Shown here: positions 24,500 through 36,132 of the stretch, piece after piece
Layout: each line of letters starts with the position of its first letter
How positions within the stretch are numbered: position 1 is the stretch's first letter
Made by a program: the position numbers and the translations under genes
DNA from: Leucoraja ocellata
Lineage: Eukaryota
Direction: 5' to 3'
Length of the DNA stretch: 64,000 nt
Assembly: GCA_036785375.1 (NCBI GenBank)
Contig: JAWMAR010000243.1
Location: forward strand, 1,364,001-1,428,000
Notes under the pieces: generated by a model
What the model saw: the letters and a program-made list of their open reading frames with translations, nothing else
Database searches by the model: none
Told to the model about the DNA's origin: nothing

Positions 24500-26285
24500 C
24501 TGGGCCCACATCAGACACAAGTAGGGGATCTCGACGATACTGCCCCACCACCTAGACCCACGTTGCCCAGTGTGGGAACTTCTAATGTTTGCTGATCCCA
24601 AGACCCTTCGACAGCAATACTCTTGGGTGTCCACATGTAGCTTGGGGATGGGTGGTGGTCAAGATTGTCAGTCTGCAGTGACTCCGGATTAGCACCTAAG
24701 CAGCCGGAACCTCTGCTATTTTGACAAATTAAGGGAGACACAGAAGAGAATTTGCAGAAGGCATTGAGGAGCACCTGTGTAGAATACTGTTGAAGATAAG
24801 TCAACAAAAGCCCATCAAACTATTTCTAGGTTTCGCCCATGTTATGGAGATCAGAAACTTGTATTTCTAACAATATATATACACTTCATGAGTAAACTTG
24901 CAATTGCATAATATCCTACTCATCCATTGTATGTGTACCTTGTAGTACATCTGTTTACCATAGTTACATGATGTCAGCAAGGCATCCCAATCATGCTCTG
25001 TCTGGGACGTTTGCTTTGCAGAGCCCAGCCTCCATGGGCTGTTGTGGGGAATGCCTTAAAACTGTGGCATTTCCTCACAGAGCTTTCGCAGCAGCTGTAC
25101 TACGTGCCAGCCACTCCCTCCGCACGTAATCCTGCATGGAATGTACCAGTTGGCAACACTCAGTTACGAGCAGCTCCCTGTACTTGATGACCAACAGACC
25201 CGGGCAGACCAAAGTGTATTTTTCACTGAGTTAATGATAAACCAGCAGCAATCAATGTCTCTGTGTGCATCACTGAGAACAATCCATAGAGCCCTGGGAT
25301 AGAGCGAGCAAGGGATGAGCCTTAGCACACACACACTACAGTTTTCCTTGGACAACACACTTTGTGAGAGATGGGCACCAACTCATTCCCTCCACCGTAG
25401 CCTCAAAGGCCGGATACCGTGGTGCCCAGATTCGGGCTGTTCTGAATGTCGAACTGGCATTTAGGCCAAGAGCCTTCAGGAGTTCCGCAAAAGAGTTACT
25501 GTTAAAAACCCCTGTGACATTACGCATGCTGTAAACAACCGGAGCTGTAGTTTGACCCTCTTTGTTCTCTGGACAAGCAGAAGAGGAGGGCGGTGCAGCA
25601 GTTTATTAGAGGGAGGGAATGATACAAAGGCAGCCTGCCATGTCCAATAAAAACGCATCGCAACAATGTGCCCAGCATCACCATTCCTGCTGGTTTCTTG
25701 GTAATTAGAGTGTCCCCTGTAGCTTGTCTTGCCCTAAATATTAATGAACGATGAGGCAGTGACGGGGAAGTAGACAGGGCATTGCCATGGTGATACACAA
25801 TATTTCTCTGGACAGCCCATTAAAACCCTGCTGTTGCAGACAAATTGAGTTTGACATCTTATTTTACAGATTACAGCTTAGTTTATTGTTATCTATACCA
25901 GGATGCAATGAATTTCACATTGAGCTCAGAGTACATAGAGTATTGATAAATGCAACAATAAATATGAGTGCAAAAGAATGATGTAATATTGTGGTGCAAA
26001 AGAATATTAAAGTACAATAATGGAAACACTAATGAGGTGGAGTTTAGAGTACCTAGCAGCCCCCTCTGGGAATGTGGTATGATAAAAGTCATGGTTTCAG
26101 GAGTGATAGCAGCGGGCATGAAGTTGTTCTTAAAGTCGGGACGTCCTGTTTTTTCAAGCTCCCTTATCTCATCACAAATGGTGGAAGAGGGAAAAGGAAA
26201 TGGCCAGGGTGGCAGGCATCCTAGACAATGTATTTACACATTGCAGTCACACTGTGTTGATGGTGGACAGATTCAGTGTTTAGAT

Positions 26286-26866
26286 CAGGAGTGGGGAACC
26301 TTTTCATGCTGGAAGGCCGCATCAAGTTAGCTGTAATCTAATAAGGCCGCATCCAAGAAACTTCAATTAGATATACTTCAAAATGTACATTATTTTGTAA
26401 AAATCTAACTACTATGTACTAACTTCAAGAAAATGAAAAAATGTTCTTCATTCTAAAGTTAACTAACCTTCTAATGACCTTGCTGTGACTGCCTTTTGTG
26501 GGAATGCATTTGAATATTTGGTTGCAACATGGAGGTACGCAGTTTCAGCTGATCTTCTAGATGGGTATCTGTCATTAGCGACCTTAAGGGCGTCTTGATT
26601 TGGGTTAGGTAGGAGAATGTAGATTTGCAGCAGTAAGTGGTTGAAAAACAAGAAAGCATTTTTCGTGCGGGGGAGGATTATTTTGTTGAATCTTCTTTTA
26701 CTCTTTGGTACTTTAAATACGTTCATTTTAAGATTAAAATAAAAATAGTAATAGACGAACAAAAACATATTAATACAAATAAAAAAGATTTGTTCGACAA
26801 AAATTGGATTCATTCAAAAGGCTGCACTACTTAGTGGCCTAGAAGGCCGCAGGTTCCCCACCCCTG
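26286..26866 (-). mobile_element. hAT (Charlie/Buster-type) DNA transposon deletion derivative
   Basis: TIRs CAGGAGTGGGGAACC / GGTTCCCCACCCCTG; perfect 8-bp TSD GTTTAGAT (26278-26285, 26867-26874); ORF 26471-26659(-) FSTTYCCKSTFSYLTQIKTPLRS..TDTHLEDQLKL is the hAT C-terminal dimerisation domain. Confidence 0.92.
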
Positions 26867-28091
26867 GTTTAGATGGAGTCCAAATCAAGCCTCTGCTTTG
26901 TCCTGATAGATGGGCTTCTTGAATTCTGTTGCAGCTATACTCATCCAGGCAAGCACAGAGTTGTCTCTGACACTCCTGAATCATGCCAGCAAAGTGCCAG
27001 AGGTGAAGTCTTGTCAAACATTAACAAGCCATTACTGTGTGCGGGGCTTTTCCTTCAGTGTGCAACTCTCCCATATTATGCACTCAGTGAATCATTACAC
27101 TCCTTGATTTGCTGGCCCTGGGTTGAAATCAATTTCTATTTCCTACCTTAACCATTAATAGCTCGTTGAAGGAAGACAAAATGATAGCTTCTACCGGAAA
27201 TGCACCTGTATTGTAAGGTGTCCTTGGAGATCTTGGAACCTCTCTCAAGGTAGTGGTTTAAACTTAATGACATTCTCTCATCCACCACTGTAAGCTCCAC
27301 CTTCAGCTGATTGGGTCAACTGGCCACTGTAAATGCACCCTATTATGTAAGTGGGTGGTCGAACCTAGTCTTTGGGAACATGGGGAGAATAAATGGATGC
27401 AGTGTTGAATTCTGGCACAATGGACATTGAGCTCCAGATTTTCCTCCTTCGATCAAATTCTCTTTTTAAACTCCTTAAAATTTGTCCTTTTGTGATAATT
27501 ATGTACCCCAGCATGTGACCCAGAGTTAATTTTGTTTGGTTATATCTCCAAGAAGAGGCCCAGGACGATTTATTATGTTAAAGATTCCAAATAAATACAT
27601 GTGCTCGCAGTTGTTATACTGTGGACTCGGATGGAATCTGCTGAGAATATAACTTCTTATGATCAGTGTTCTGCCTACCGTTTAATTAAAATGGAGATGG
27701 CGTGTGAAACCTATCACTAATTTAAAAACTGGCTCCTTAGGATGACAGTGTCTGTGCAGTATTGAGACCAGTTGTTAAAAAATGTGCCTTTGATGCTATG
27801 AGAGCAAACGTTTACCATGCAGAATCTCCAAAAGGTGAATAGAAAAATCTGAACTGGATTTATTCAGGTGGTGAACCATTTACTGTTTGGTGCATTAATT
27901 TATAATATTAAAACTCCAGCAGGTGCTTCACATTGCAAATGTTCAAAGTCCAGCAACTGTTTTATGGGCAGATACAACGTCAGCCAGTCTATCACAATCA
28001 GCAGAGATACACATTCAGTTCTAATCTAAGGATGGAGCTAAGGGATAGCTCTCTCTTCTGTTTGCACATGGGAGGCCTGTGAAAAGCTTTA

Positions 28092-28423
28092 AAGCCCTGT
28101 CCTACGGTATGAGTTCATTCCAAGAGCTCACCCGAGTTTAAAAAAAAAATCAAACTCGTGGTAAGCACGGAGAATGAACGTAACGGGTACGTCGGAGCTC
28201 GGGGACGTCTCTTAGCGGCTCGTAACGCTAACGGCGGGTACTCGGGAAGACTCGCTAATGGCAGGTAAGCATGGGAAGACTCGTGAAGATTTTTCAACCT
28301 GTTGAAAAATGTCCACGAGAGCCCCGAGTACCGACGAGTGGCCATTGCAGTAAATCTCCGAGTTCGAATCAGGGCAAACTCGGGAGAGCTCTTGGAATGA
28401 ACTCATACCGTGGGACAGGGCTA
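28092..28423. mobile_element. PIF/Harbinger-type MITE
   Basis: ~48-bp TIRs AAGCCCTGTCC...GAGTTT / AAACTC...GGGACAGGGCTA; TTA TSD. Confidence 0.88.
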
Positions 28424-31400
28424 TTAGTTTAGCTACACAAATATCGTGCCAAGGTATAGCTATTAAATATCGCCCAGGCAAAAGAACCAACATGGTTTAC
28501 ATTGGCTTCATATGATCGTGACTGCACTTCCTGAAAGAGCAGAGGAAACTGATTCAACAGTAAATTTCGCGACGGTATTCGATAAATATCTGTGATGGTA
28601 TCGTTTACATGGAAAGAGAGGGGTATCGTGTTAGTCAAACACACGAGCACGAGCATAAATAACCTGAATGGCCTGCTACTGCAGTGAGAGCTTCTATATT
28701 TAACCTGAGCTATGGAACAAGCTGCCAGAGGAAGTAGTCGAGGCGGGTGAAACAACGAGATTTAAAAAGATTTGGACAGGTACATTGATAGTAAAGATTT
28801 AGAGTGATATGACCAAATATAGGTAAATGGGACTAGCTTGGATGGGCAACTTGGTTGCATCTGTGAGTTGGGCAGAAGGGCCAACTTTGATTATTAAGGG
28901 TGTCAGGGGTTATGGGGTGAAGGCAGGAAATGGGGTTGAGAGGGAAAGATTGATCAGCCATGATTGAATGGCGGAATAGACTTGATGGGCTGAATGGCCT
29001 AATTCTGCTCCTAGAACTTGTGAAGGGCCTGTTTACGTACTGACTGACTTTATGAGCCAGCATCAAATCCATTGATATATGGCCGCAAACAGGCATGTGT
29101 GCAGACGAGGATAGGAAAAAGAGTTGCCAAAACAGCCATGGCATTTGGGTATAATCCCCCTAGCCTAGACGTCCCTCTGGTTCTCTGTCCTGTCTGATGA
29201 CCCTGAGCATGTGCACAGTTATGAGGCTCTGATTACTAGCCCAGCTTCTCTGAATACCAAATGAATAGCTCGATGTAGCTTCGCTTTAACTTCCTGTGGA
29301 AAATAGCTGCTCAGTCTCTTCACAATAAAATGCTCAACAAATTTTTTTTTTTGTCTTACTTGGTTGGTGGAGACAGAAACAGCAGATGTCACTTTTGCTA
29401 AATCAGCAATCCCATTGTTGCAGTTCGCTGCATTGTGTAAACAAGCTTCTTTTAACATTACTAAACATCTCATCCAAACACAAAAGCTATACCTTGATAA
29501 ACGGATCTGCCTTCAGAATTAAAAGTAGAAGCCATATTCATGCATCAAAATCTCAGAATTTAACCCTACAAGTCACAAATTACCCCGGTGAATTCCTACT
29601 GTACCCTCCAAAGGACATTGTGTCTTTCGTGAAGAATACGTTTCAAGAATGAACACGGCTCTATTTGAGGATTAATTGAGTGAAGCATCGACCCAGCCCT
29701 CTGGATTCCAACCACTGAGATGAATCAAGTCTGGCTTTACACAAAACACCCTACCATTACTTGAACTTGACTGTTAATGCTTCATCATCATGAACAGAAA
29801 CCCTTAAATTACATGAACGGTCAGTTTGAAATATGTTAGACTCTCTTCCTAGAAGCCACCTGACCTGCTGAGTATTTGCAGAATTTTGTTTTTATTTCCG
29901 ATTTCTGGCAGCTGCAGTTTTTTTGTTAAAGACTGAACCTGCTTAGGTAACAGTGTCGCTCCAGTAATGTCAGTAGAACCTAATTAACGTTAAACGTAGA
30001 ACAATGCAGCACAGGAAAAGGCCCATCGGCCAAGAATGTCCGAGCATGATGCCTAGCCCAACTCTTACTTGCCGGCACCTGATCAATATCCCTGCACATC
30101 CATGTGCCTATCTAAAAGTCTCTGCAGTTGTGGACTGGCTTTTTGCTTTATTACTGTTGATGGGATACATCAGATATATACATAACACAAAATAATGACC
30201 TACATTTCCATATCATCTTCAATACTTAACCATAACATGATCTTCAACACCCAGCTACAATAGCTGTTGTAACATTGTAAGATTATAAAAGGCTATTTAA
30301 ACTGAAACAAAAACTAACACCTTGCATTTTTACTGCTTCTCATGAAAAACTAAATTTTCAAAGCTAATCTTGTCCAGTTCAACCCTAGTTTTCATCATTT
30401 CACTGAGGCCGAAACCACTGGCTTTCCTTTCAGGAGCACTAAGATATTGTTTCAAACCAGTTACTTTTCCAATTGCTTGGTCAACGTTCCCCAACGGCAT
30501 AGCAATGTGGAAGGTTTTAAGCACCATGCAAAAGGAGATTCAAGAAAGAAAAGCCAATGTTTGGGTCTGGGCTCCAATGATGAAGAAAACCAGGGTTGCA
30601 TTGGATTGACTAAAGTTTGATTTTTAAAAAGTGGGATGTTTTGATGAGAATTGGTAAATGTGTGGCCTCAGATTTTGTTTCAATTCCAATAGCTCATCAT
30701 TTAACAATGTCCATCTGGATAAAATATTTGCAGGAAGGAGAGATTGGCCTCGAGAATATTCCCTCTGGACATCTTCAGGAGAAAGCGAAAAAACAGAATT
30801 GAGCTGACCATTCAGTTTACACTTTCATATCACGCTTTTGCGATGCTTGCGTGATTTCAGACTTCCACTATTCAATCTTCCATGACTCAGAAGGCAGTGG
30901 TTACTAATTTAAGGTTTGCTGAGTTTCTCGGTTTGAATACATTCTGAAGGAGCCACAACCACAAAACTTCTGCAAATTCAGTTTCACGGCGAGTGGAAGG
31001 AACAGTGCAAATACTATCCACTCCAGCCCTGACCACTGTGCTGTTCAGTCTCTTATTTATTTTTAAACCCTTTGTGTCATACATGGCAGGAGTTTCCCCG
31101 CTGTGTCATCACACACGTCAACCGCTCCTGCCTCAGCAGCTGCTGTTGCCACTTTTATATAATGCCTCCCTCAAGATGCATCTAGATCAAGTCTGAAAGT
31201 AGATTCAACCACACACTGCATTTATATATTGTCCTTCATCTTGTAAAACAATGTGCCGCAAAGACATGCAGATAAAGTACTGTCTGCACAGACTTAATTC
31301 CCAAGTAATCCGGGTTGGGAGATTGAGGGTGTTCTTAAATGAAATGCGTCATTGGATAAACTGGTTAGAAACATAATCCAGACTGACACTACCTAGGGAG

Positions 31401-31519
31401 GGATGCACATTGGAGTGTCTTTCGATGTAAAGCAGAGGCTCCTCACAAGTCTTTCAGTTCGTATAACTCATGTTATGTCATGTTGCACTGTGCACTGCAT
31501 TGACCTTAATGACACAAAT

Positions 31520-31564
31520 CTCAGTAGGTTGGTAGAGAAGGCTGTCAGTAGGTTGGTAGAGAAG
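31520..31564. repeat. 24-bp-period tandem duplication
   Basis: CAGTAGGTTGGTAGAGAAG occurs twice. Confidence 0.8.
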
Positions 31565-33613
31565 ACTCTCCAATAGCGCTTTAGGGATGAATTTGATATA
31601 GTAAAACGTCTTGACTTATTTCCAGTCTGTATCGTTTCACATGTTAATGCACTGCCCATTTGCTGCCACTACTAACATTGAATCTGCAAGCTGTTGAAAT
31701 GCGACCCGTCTTTAAGGAACAACAACAGTTGGCCGTTTTAAAATGGCTGGTCTCAGTGCACCCCATGCTAAGTTTTGTAGCCGAGGACTTTGCTTTGATT
31801 CTTTGTTTACATCTATAGCTGTATTAGTCGCTTGTGGTTGATGAAATTCTCCCACATTCTTCAATGTCTCCTCCATAGAAACTATGCATTTTGTCTGGAC
31901 ATTTGAAGTCAAGATTTTGCATTCTCAAAAACGTAGAGTGAACTTGCTCATTTTCCAGTCCACATTCTTAATTTATGCATACATGCCGAGGCTTAGTATC
32001 AGGACAGCCATGTTGCCCACTACAGTTGAACAGTGACATGGCCAAACTTGGTGTGGTCAATGCCATCGTCCCTGTGGCCTGTTCTGCTGTGTCCTCTCAT
32101 CAATACACGCACACACTTTAGACGCACAAATTCAGTTTGTGTGTCGCAAGAAAAAAATGTTTTGTTGCTGCGAACCCAACTAAAACTAAAAATGAAACTT
32201 ATTCAGGCAAGAGTCGATGTTCTTCAACAGTCCTGAGGAAAGGTTACACAAGAGGCTAGGCTCTCGTGTAGCGTGTAACACAAGAGGCTTGCGCAAAGGC
32301 TATATTGCTACACCTGCCTGTAATGCCGTCACAACTCCATTGAAGTGTGAACCAATTACAGCAAAAATAATGGTTTATCTACAACTCATAACATTTAACC
32401 CCCATAAGTGCTGAGTGCGCTCGGCTTGATGTCATTATTTTTACACATCATCAGATTCTCCTTTCGAAAAGCATCACAAGCCTCTCCTCTCCCGGCATCA
32501 CTCTTTTTGTCAGGTTGCAGTGATGTTCCCTCTATCTGTCCAGAAAGATGCGAACCAATTCGAATGGGACCGACTCACTTCCTTCCTTCAACCACAAAAC
32601 AAATCCATTGGGCTTGATATTTGTCTTGTGTGGATGGTAGCTATGGATGGTAGCTATGGACACCGATTTGGATGGAATCTTGAAACTACTTTGAGTAAAT
32701 GCAGATCTGTCCTTCATTCTCTTTTCAATTCCAAAATTTGTCTGGAAAGATTATGGTCTACAATTCCATTTACTGGATTCCTTCCTGCACAGGTTAATGG
32801 AAGTATTCCTGTGGTTAGTATTTCCACCCATGGAGCAGCTTAGCACAGTGCAAACACACAAGTATACAAATGCACATGAACACATCACACACTTGGCATG
32901 GTTTTTAATCCCACATGCATGAAATGAAAACTTTGGAGTTATTTTCCTGCAGAGAGAAGGTTTATTGATTCTCCTTTCACTGCTCCCCATCTCTTAGTGC
33001 GTTGGAGCCACGCCAGATAAAGCACCATGGTTACGCTAAATATTTACCGTCCAAATTGATGTCAAGGTAAAAAGCGCAGTTTAATTCTAGTTTTCCAATT
33101 CTCATTTCTGATGCGACTCTGGGCTGCCAGCTGCCTTGGCGACTCTAAGTATTGTGTGTAAACCCGGGTTGGGTGAGTAGTGTAATGTGATAGCCAGGCT
33201 GGTATGAAGGATTGCTCAACATGCTTATCTTCAGCCGGTGAGGAATTAATTGAATAAAGCCGACGAGCTTAGACCCCCCGTCCATATTTCCAACTGCGAA
33301 TCATTAAGGGCATACAAGAGATCTACTTCATTATTTCAGTAATGAATTAAGTTCTCCAGGATCCATGATGATCCATTAGGCAGACATCTCCCAGGTCTTC
33401 TCTGTTCATAATAGGTTGGTTCCCATAAACTACAGGTCTGGATCAAATGAGCAAAAGATTTGCAAATTCAAAGCACCTTTTATGATGTCAAAATGTCCCA
33501 TCCAACCACAACCCCTTACACTCAGCAGGATATTAGAGGCAATTCGCCTGCTGAGTGTTTCCAACATATGTTGCTTTGACACAAGAGTGCTAGCAACTAA
33601 GTTACAATGATAT

Positions 33614-33821
33614 GAAGGTACACAAAAATGCTGGAGAAACTCAGCGGGTGCAGCAGCATCTATGGAGCGAAGGAAATAGGCAACGTTTCGGGCCAAAACC
33701 CTTCTTCAGACCCGAAACGTTGCCTATTTCCTTCGCTTCATAGATGCTGCTGCACCCGCTGAGTTTCTCCAGCATTTTTGTGTACCTTCGATATTCCAGC
33801 GTCTGTAGTTCCTTCTTAAAC
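33614..33821. mobile_element. Palindromic Penelope-derived non-autonomous element with hammerhead core
   Basis: 79-bp inverted arms (33614-33692 / 33711-33789, one mismatch); ~17-bp TSD AAGTTACAATG(A/C)TATGA; minus-strand CTGAAGA-AGGGTTTTGGCCC-GAAAC-GTT. Confidence 0.75.
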
Positions 33822-35821
33822 AAGTTACAATGCTATGAGCTTTGTTATTCAGTTGAATTCAGTTTGTGTCCTGCCTGCACCTACACAAGGCAACTCTTTC
33901 ATGTGAGAATGAAACAAAGGGGGTGGACAGGCTAGAACACAAGGAATGGACATATTCTCTCCCACTTTAGTTAGCTAAGGCTCTCTGGTTCATTTTCAAG
34001 GACAGATCATGGAAATTGTAACATCTGGAAGTTCAGCTTGTCAGAATATCCATGTTGTCTATTCAGGGCAAGAGGCATAACAGTAAGCAAGCATAGTTAC
34101 TATTTAACATTATATTCAAATAGAGGCACTAAAGGGTTGAACAGACCTTGCTGAACCAGTTTTTCAAAGATAATATATTCAGAGTACATAATCAGAACAT
34201 AATGTTCGATTGTGTGTTGTACATCACTGCTGATGCTAAGAAAGGCATTTCTCCGTACTTTAAGGTTACATTTAGACTCATTGTTTTGAAGGACTTAGCA
34301 ACGTGAAGAGAACCTTCTCAACCTTCTTCCTCAAAATAACCATGTCAAAGTTGTTGCTAGCAGAATGAAATGATGATTAAGAACAAAAGACACTCTGAGA
34401 ACACTTCCTCCTTTCATTGTTAAACTTTTTCCCTCCTCGAGTTGATGACTCAAGCGCTCAGCTACTCCCCGAAACCCTCAATTATCCATTCTTGATCTGC
34501 GAGTTTCGATGGTGAGCAGCAATGGGGTATCCGACAGCAGATGGCAGCAAACATTTGTCTTGTGTGGATGGTAGCGGTTTCTAATTATGCCATAGACACA
34601 CACATACCCACCCACCCACAACCAGACATCCAGATCCTATCTTGACCTTGCATACTGTCTGTGTGGAGATTGTACGTTCTCCTTGTGACCACGTGGGTTT
34701 TCTCCTGGTGCTCTGGTTTAATAATAATAATACATTTTATTTATGGGCGCCTTTCAAGAGTCTCAAGGACACCTATTGACCCACATCCTAAAGATGTGGG
34801 AGTCTGTAGATTAATTGGCCTTTCTAAATTTCGCCTAGGGTGAGGGAAGTGGCTGAGGAAGTGGGATAACACAGAACTAGTGTGAATGGGTGATCAATAG
34901 TTGTATTTAGTGGGTCGAAGAGCTGTATCTCTAAACTAAACCGCTGAGAACAATCGGGGGGCTGGCAGGGGGGCTGTCAAGAATGAAGAGGGACCTGGTG
35001 GGGGGGGGGGGGGGGGTGTGCGTTGGGGGATACCTGCTGTCACGTGCGGCGGGAAGGCAGTAGATAAGAATGTTCAGTGATTTTGTAACTTTCTCGGCAT
35101 TTGCCATATGATTTTACCGGGTTGTATGAAAACAAGGCATTTCACTGTAACTAGGTACTTGCGACAATAAAATATCATTGAAATAAAGTGTCATGGAAAC
35201 TATAATCGGAAGCCTCGCCCATGGCCCCCCCCCCTCCCCCATCACCACGTTTGATGTTCCTGCACCTCAAGAGAAAAAAGTAAGCACTGCCGTCCGTCAA
35301 TCTCGTGAGTACAAGAATGAAAGTGACAGTGAGTAGAATGAATGCAAGTGAGCACGTGCAGAGCACCAGATAACCCCATCTACTGATGCACCATGTATCT
35401 CTGGCAGCTGAGATAGGGCACTTTTTGGAAAAGCCATTCATAGAATTGAGGTAGTCGGTATATTCTTCACTATCCCTTTACTGTGAATATTTGTGGAATG
35501 TGCAATAAACACAGAGAGAGAGTTGAACTCCAATGCCTGTGTCTGCTCAGCTTGTCTGGTTATGGGGAGCAGGGCAGTGCTGGGACAGGGAGGAGCAGAG
35601 AGTCCTGCTGCCTAACATTCCTCAGAGAACCACATAAACAACTGGGGAACTTTGTCAAAACGATATATGTTGAAACTGTTGTGTCCTTGTGGATTAGTTT
35701 GTCTTCCCCATTAAATCTTAATCTCCAGTCAAGTGTAAAAACTGCTGAATGTTTTCTTTCTAATTTTCTGCCTCGTGTCTCCCAAGATGGTTTATTGTTG
35801 TTGCACACCTGGGTCAGCACG

Positions 35822-36132
35822 ATCCAGGCATCACTTCCATACAACAGGGAACCAGGCTCTTCGACCCACCGGGTCTGCGCCGCCCAGCGATCCCCGCATA
35901 TTAACACTATCCTACACACACTAGGGACATTTTTTTTAACATTTACCAAGCCAATTTACCTACATACCCGTATGACTTTGAAGTGTGGGAGGAAACCGAA
36001 GATCTCGGAGAAAACCCACGAGGTCACGGGGAGAACGTACAAACTCCGTAGACAGCACCCGTAGCCGGGGTTGAAGCCAGGTCTCCGGCGCTGCAAGCGC
36101 TGTAAGGCAGCAACTCCACCGCTGCGCCTCCG
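35822..36132 (-). mobile_element. HE1/V-SINE-type tRNA-derived SINE (best copy)
   Basis: tRNA-like head GGCGCAGCGGTGGAGTTGCTGCCTTACAGCG and V core GGAGTTTGTACGTTCTCCCCGTGACC. Related copies at about 2180-2422, 11441-11640, 12915-13215, 17484-17675, 18330-18510, 34640-34940, 41620-41835, 53725-54110. Confidence 0.8.

Noticed and set aside
25336-25527. 63-aa minus-strand ORF as a coding exon
   Set aside because: Ends in a stop with no good phase-0 donor and no recognisable homology; at most a uORF.
36040-36132. tRNA-like A/B boxes
   Set aside because: Head of a V-SINE, not a cloverleaf tRNA gene.
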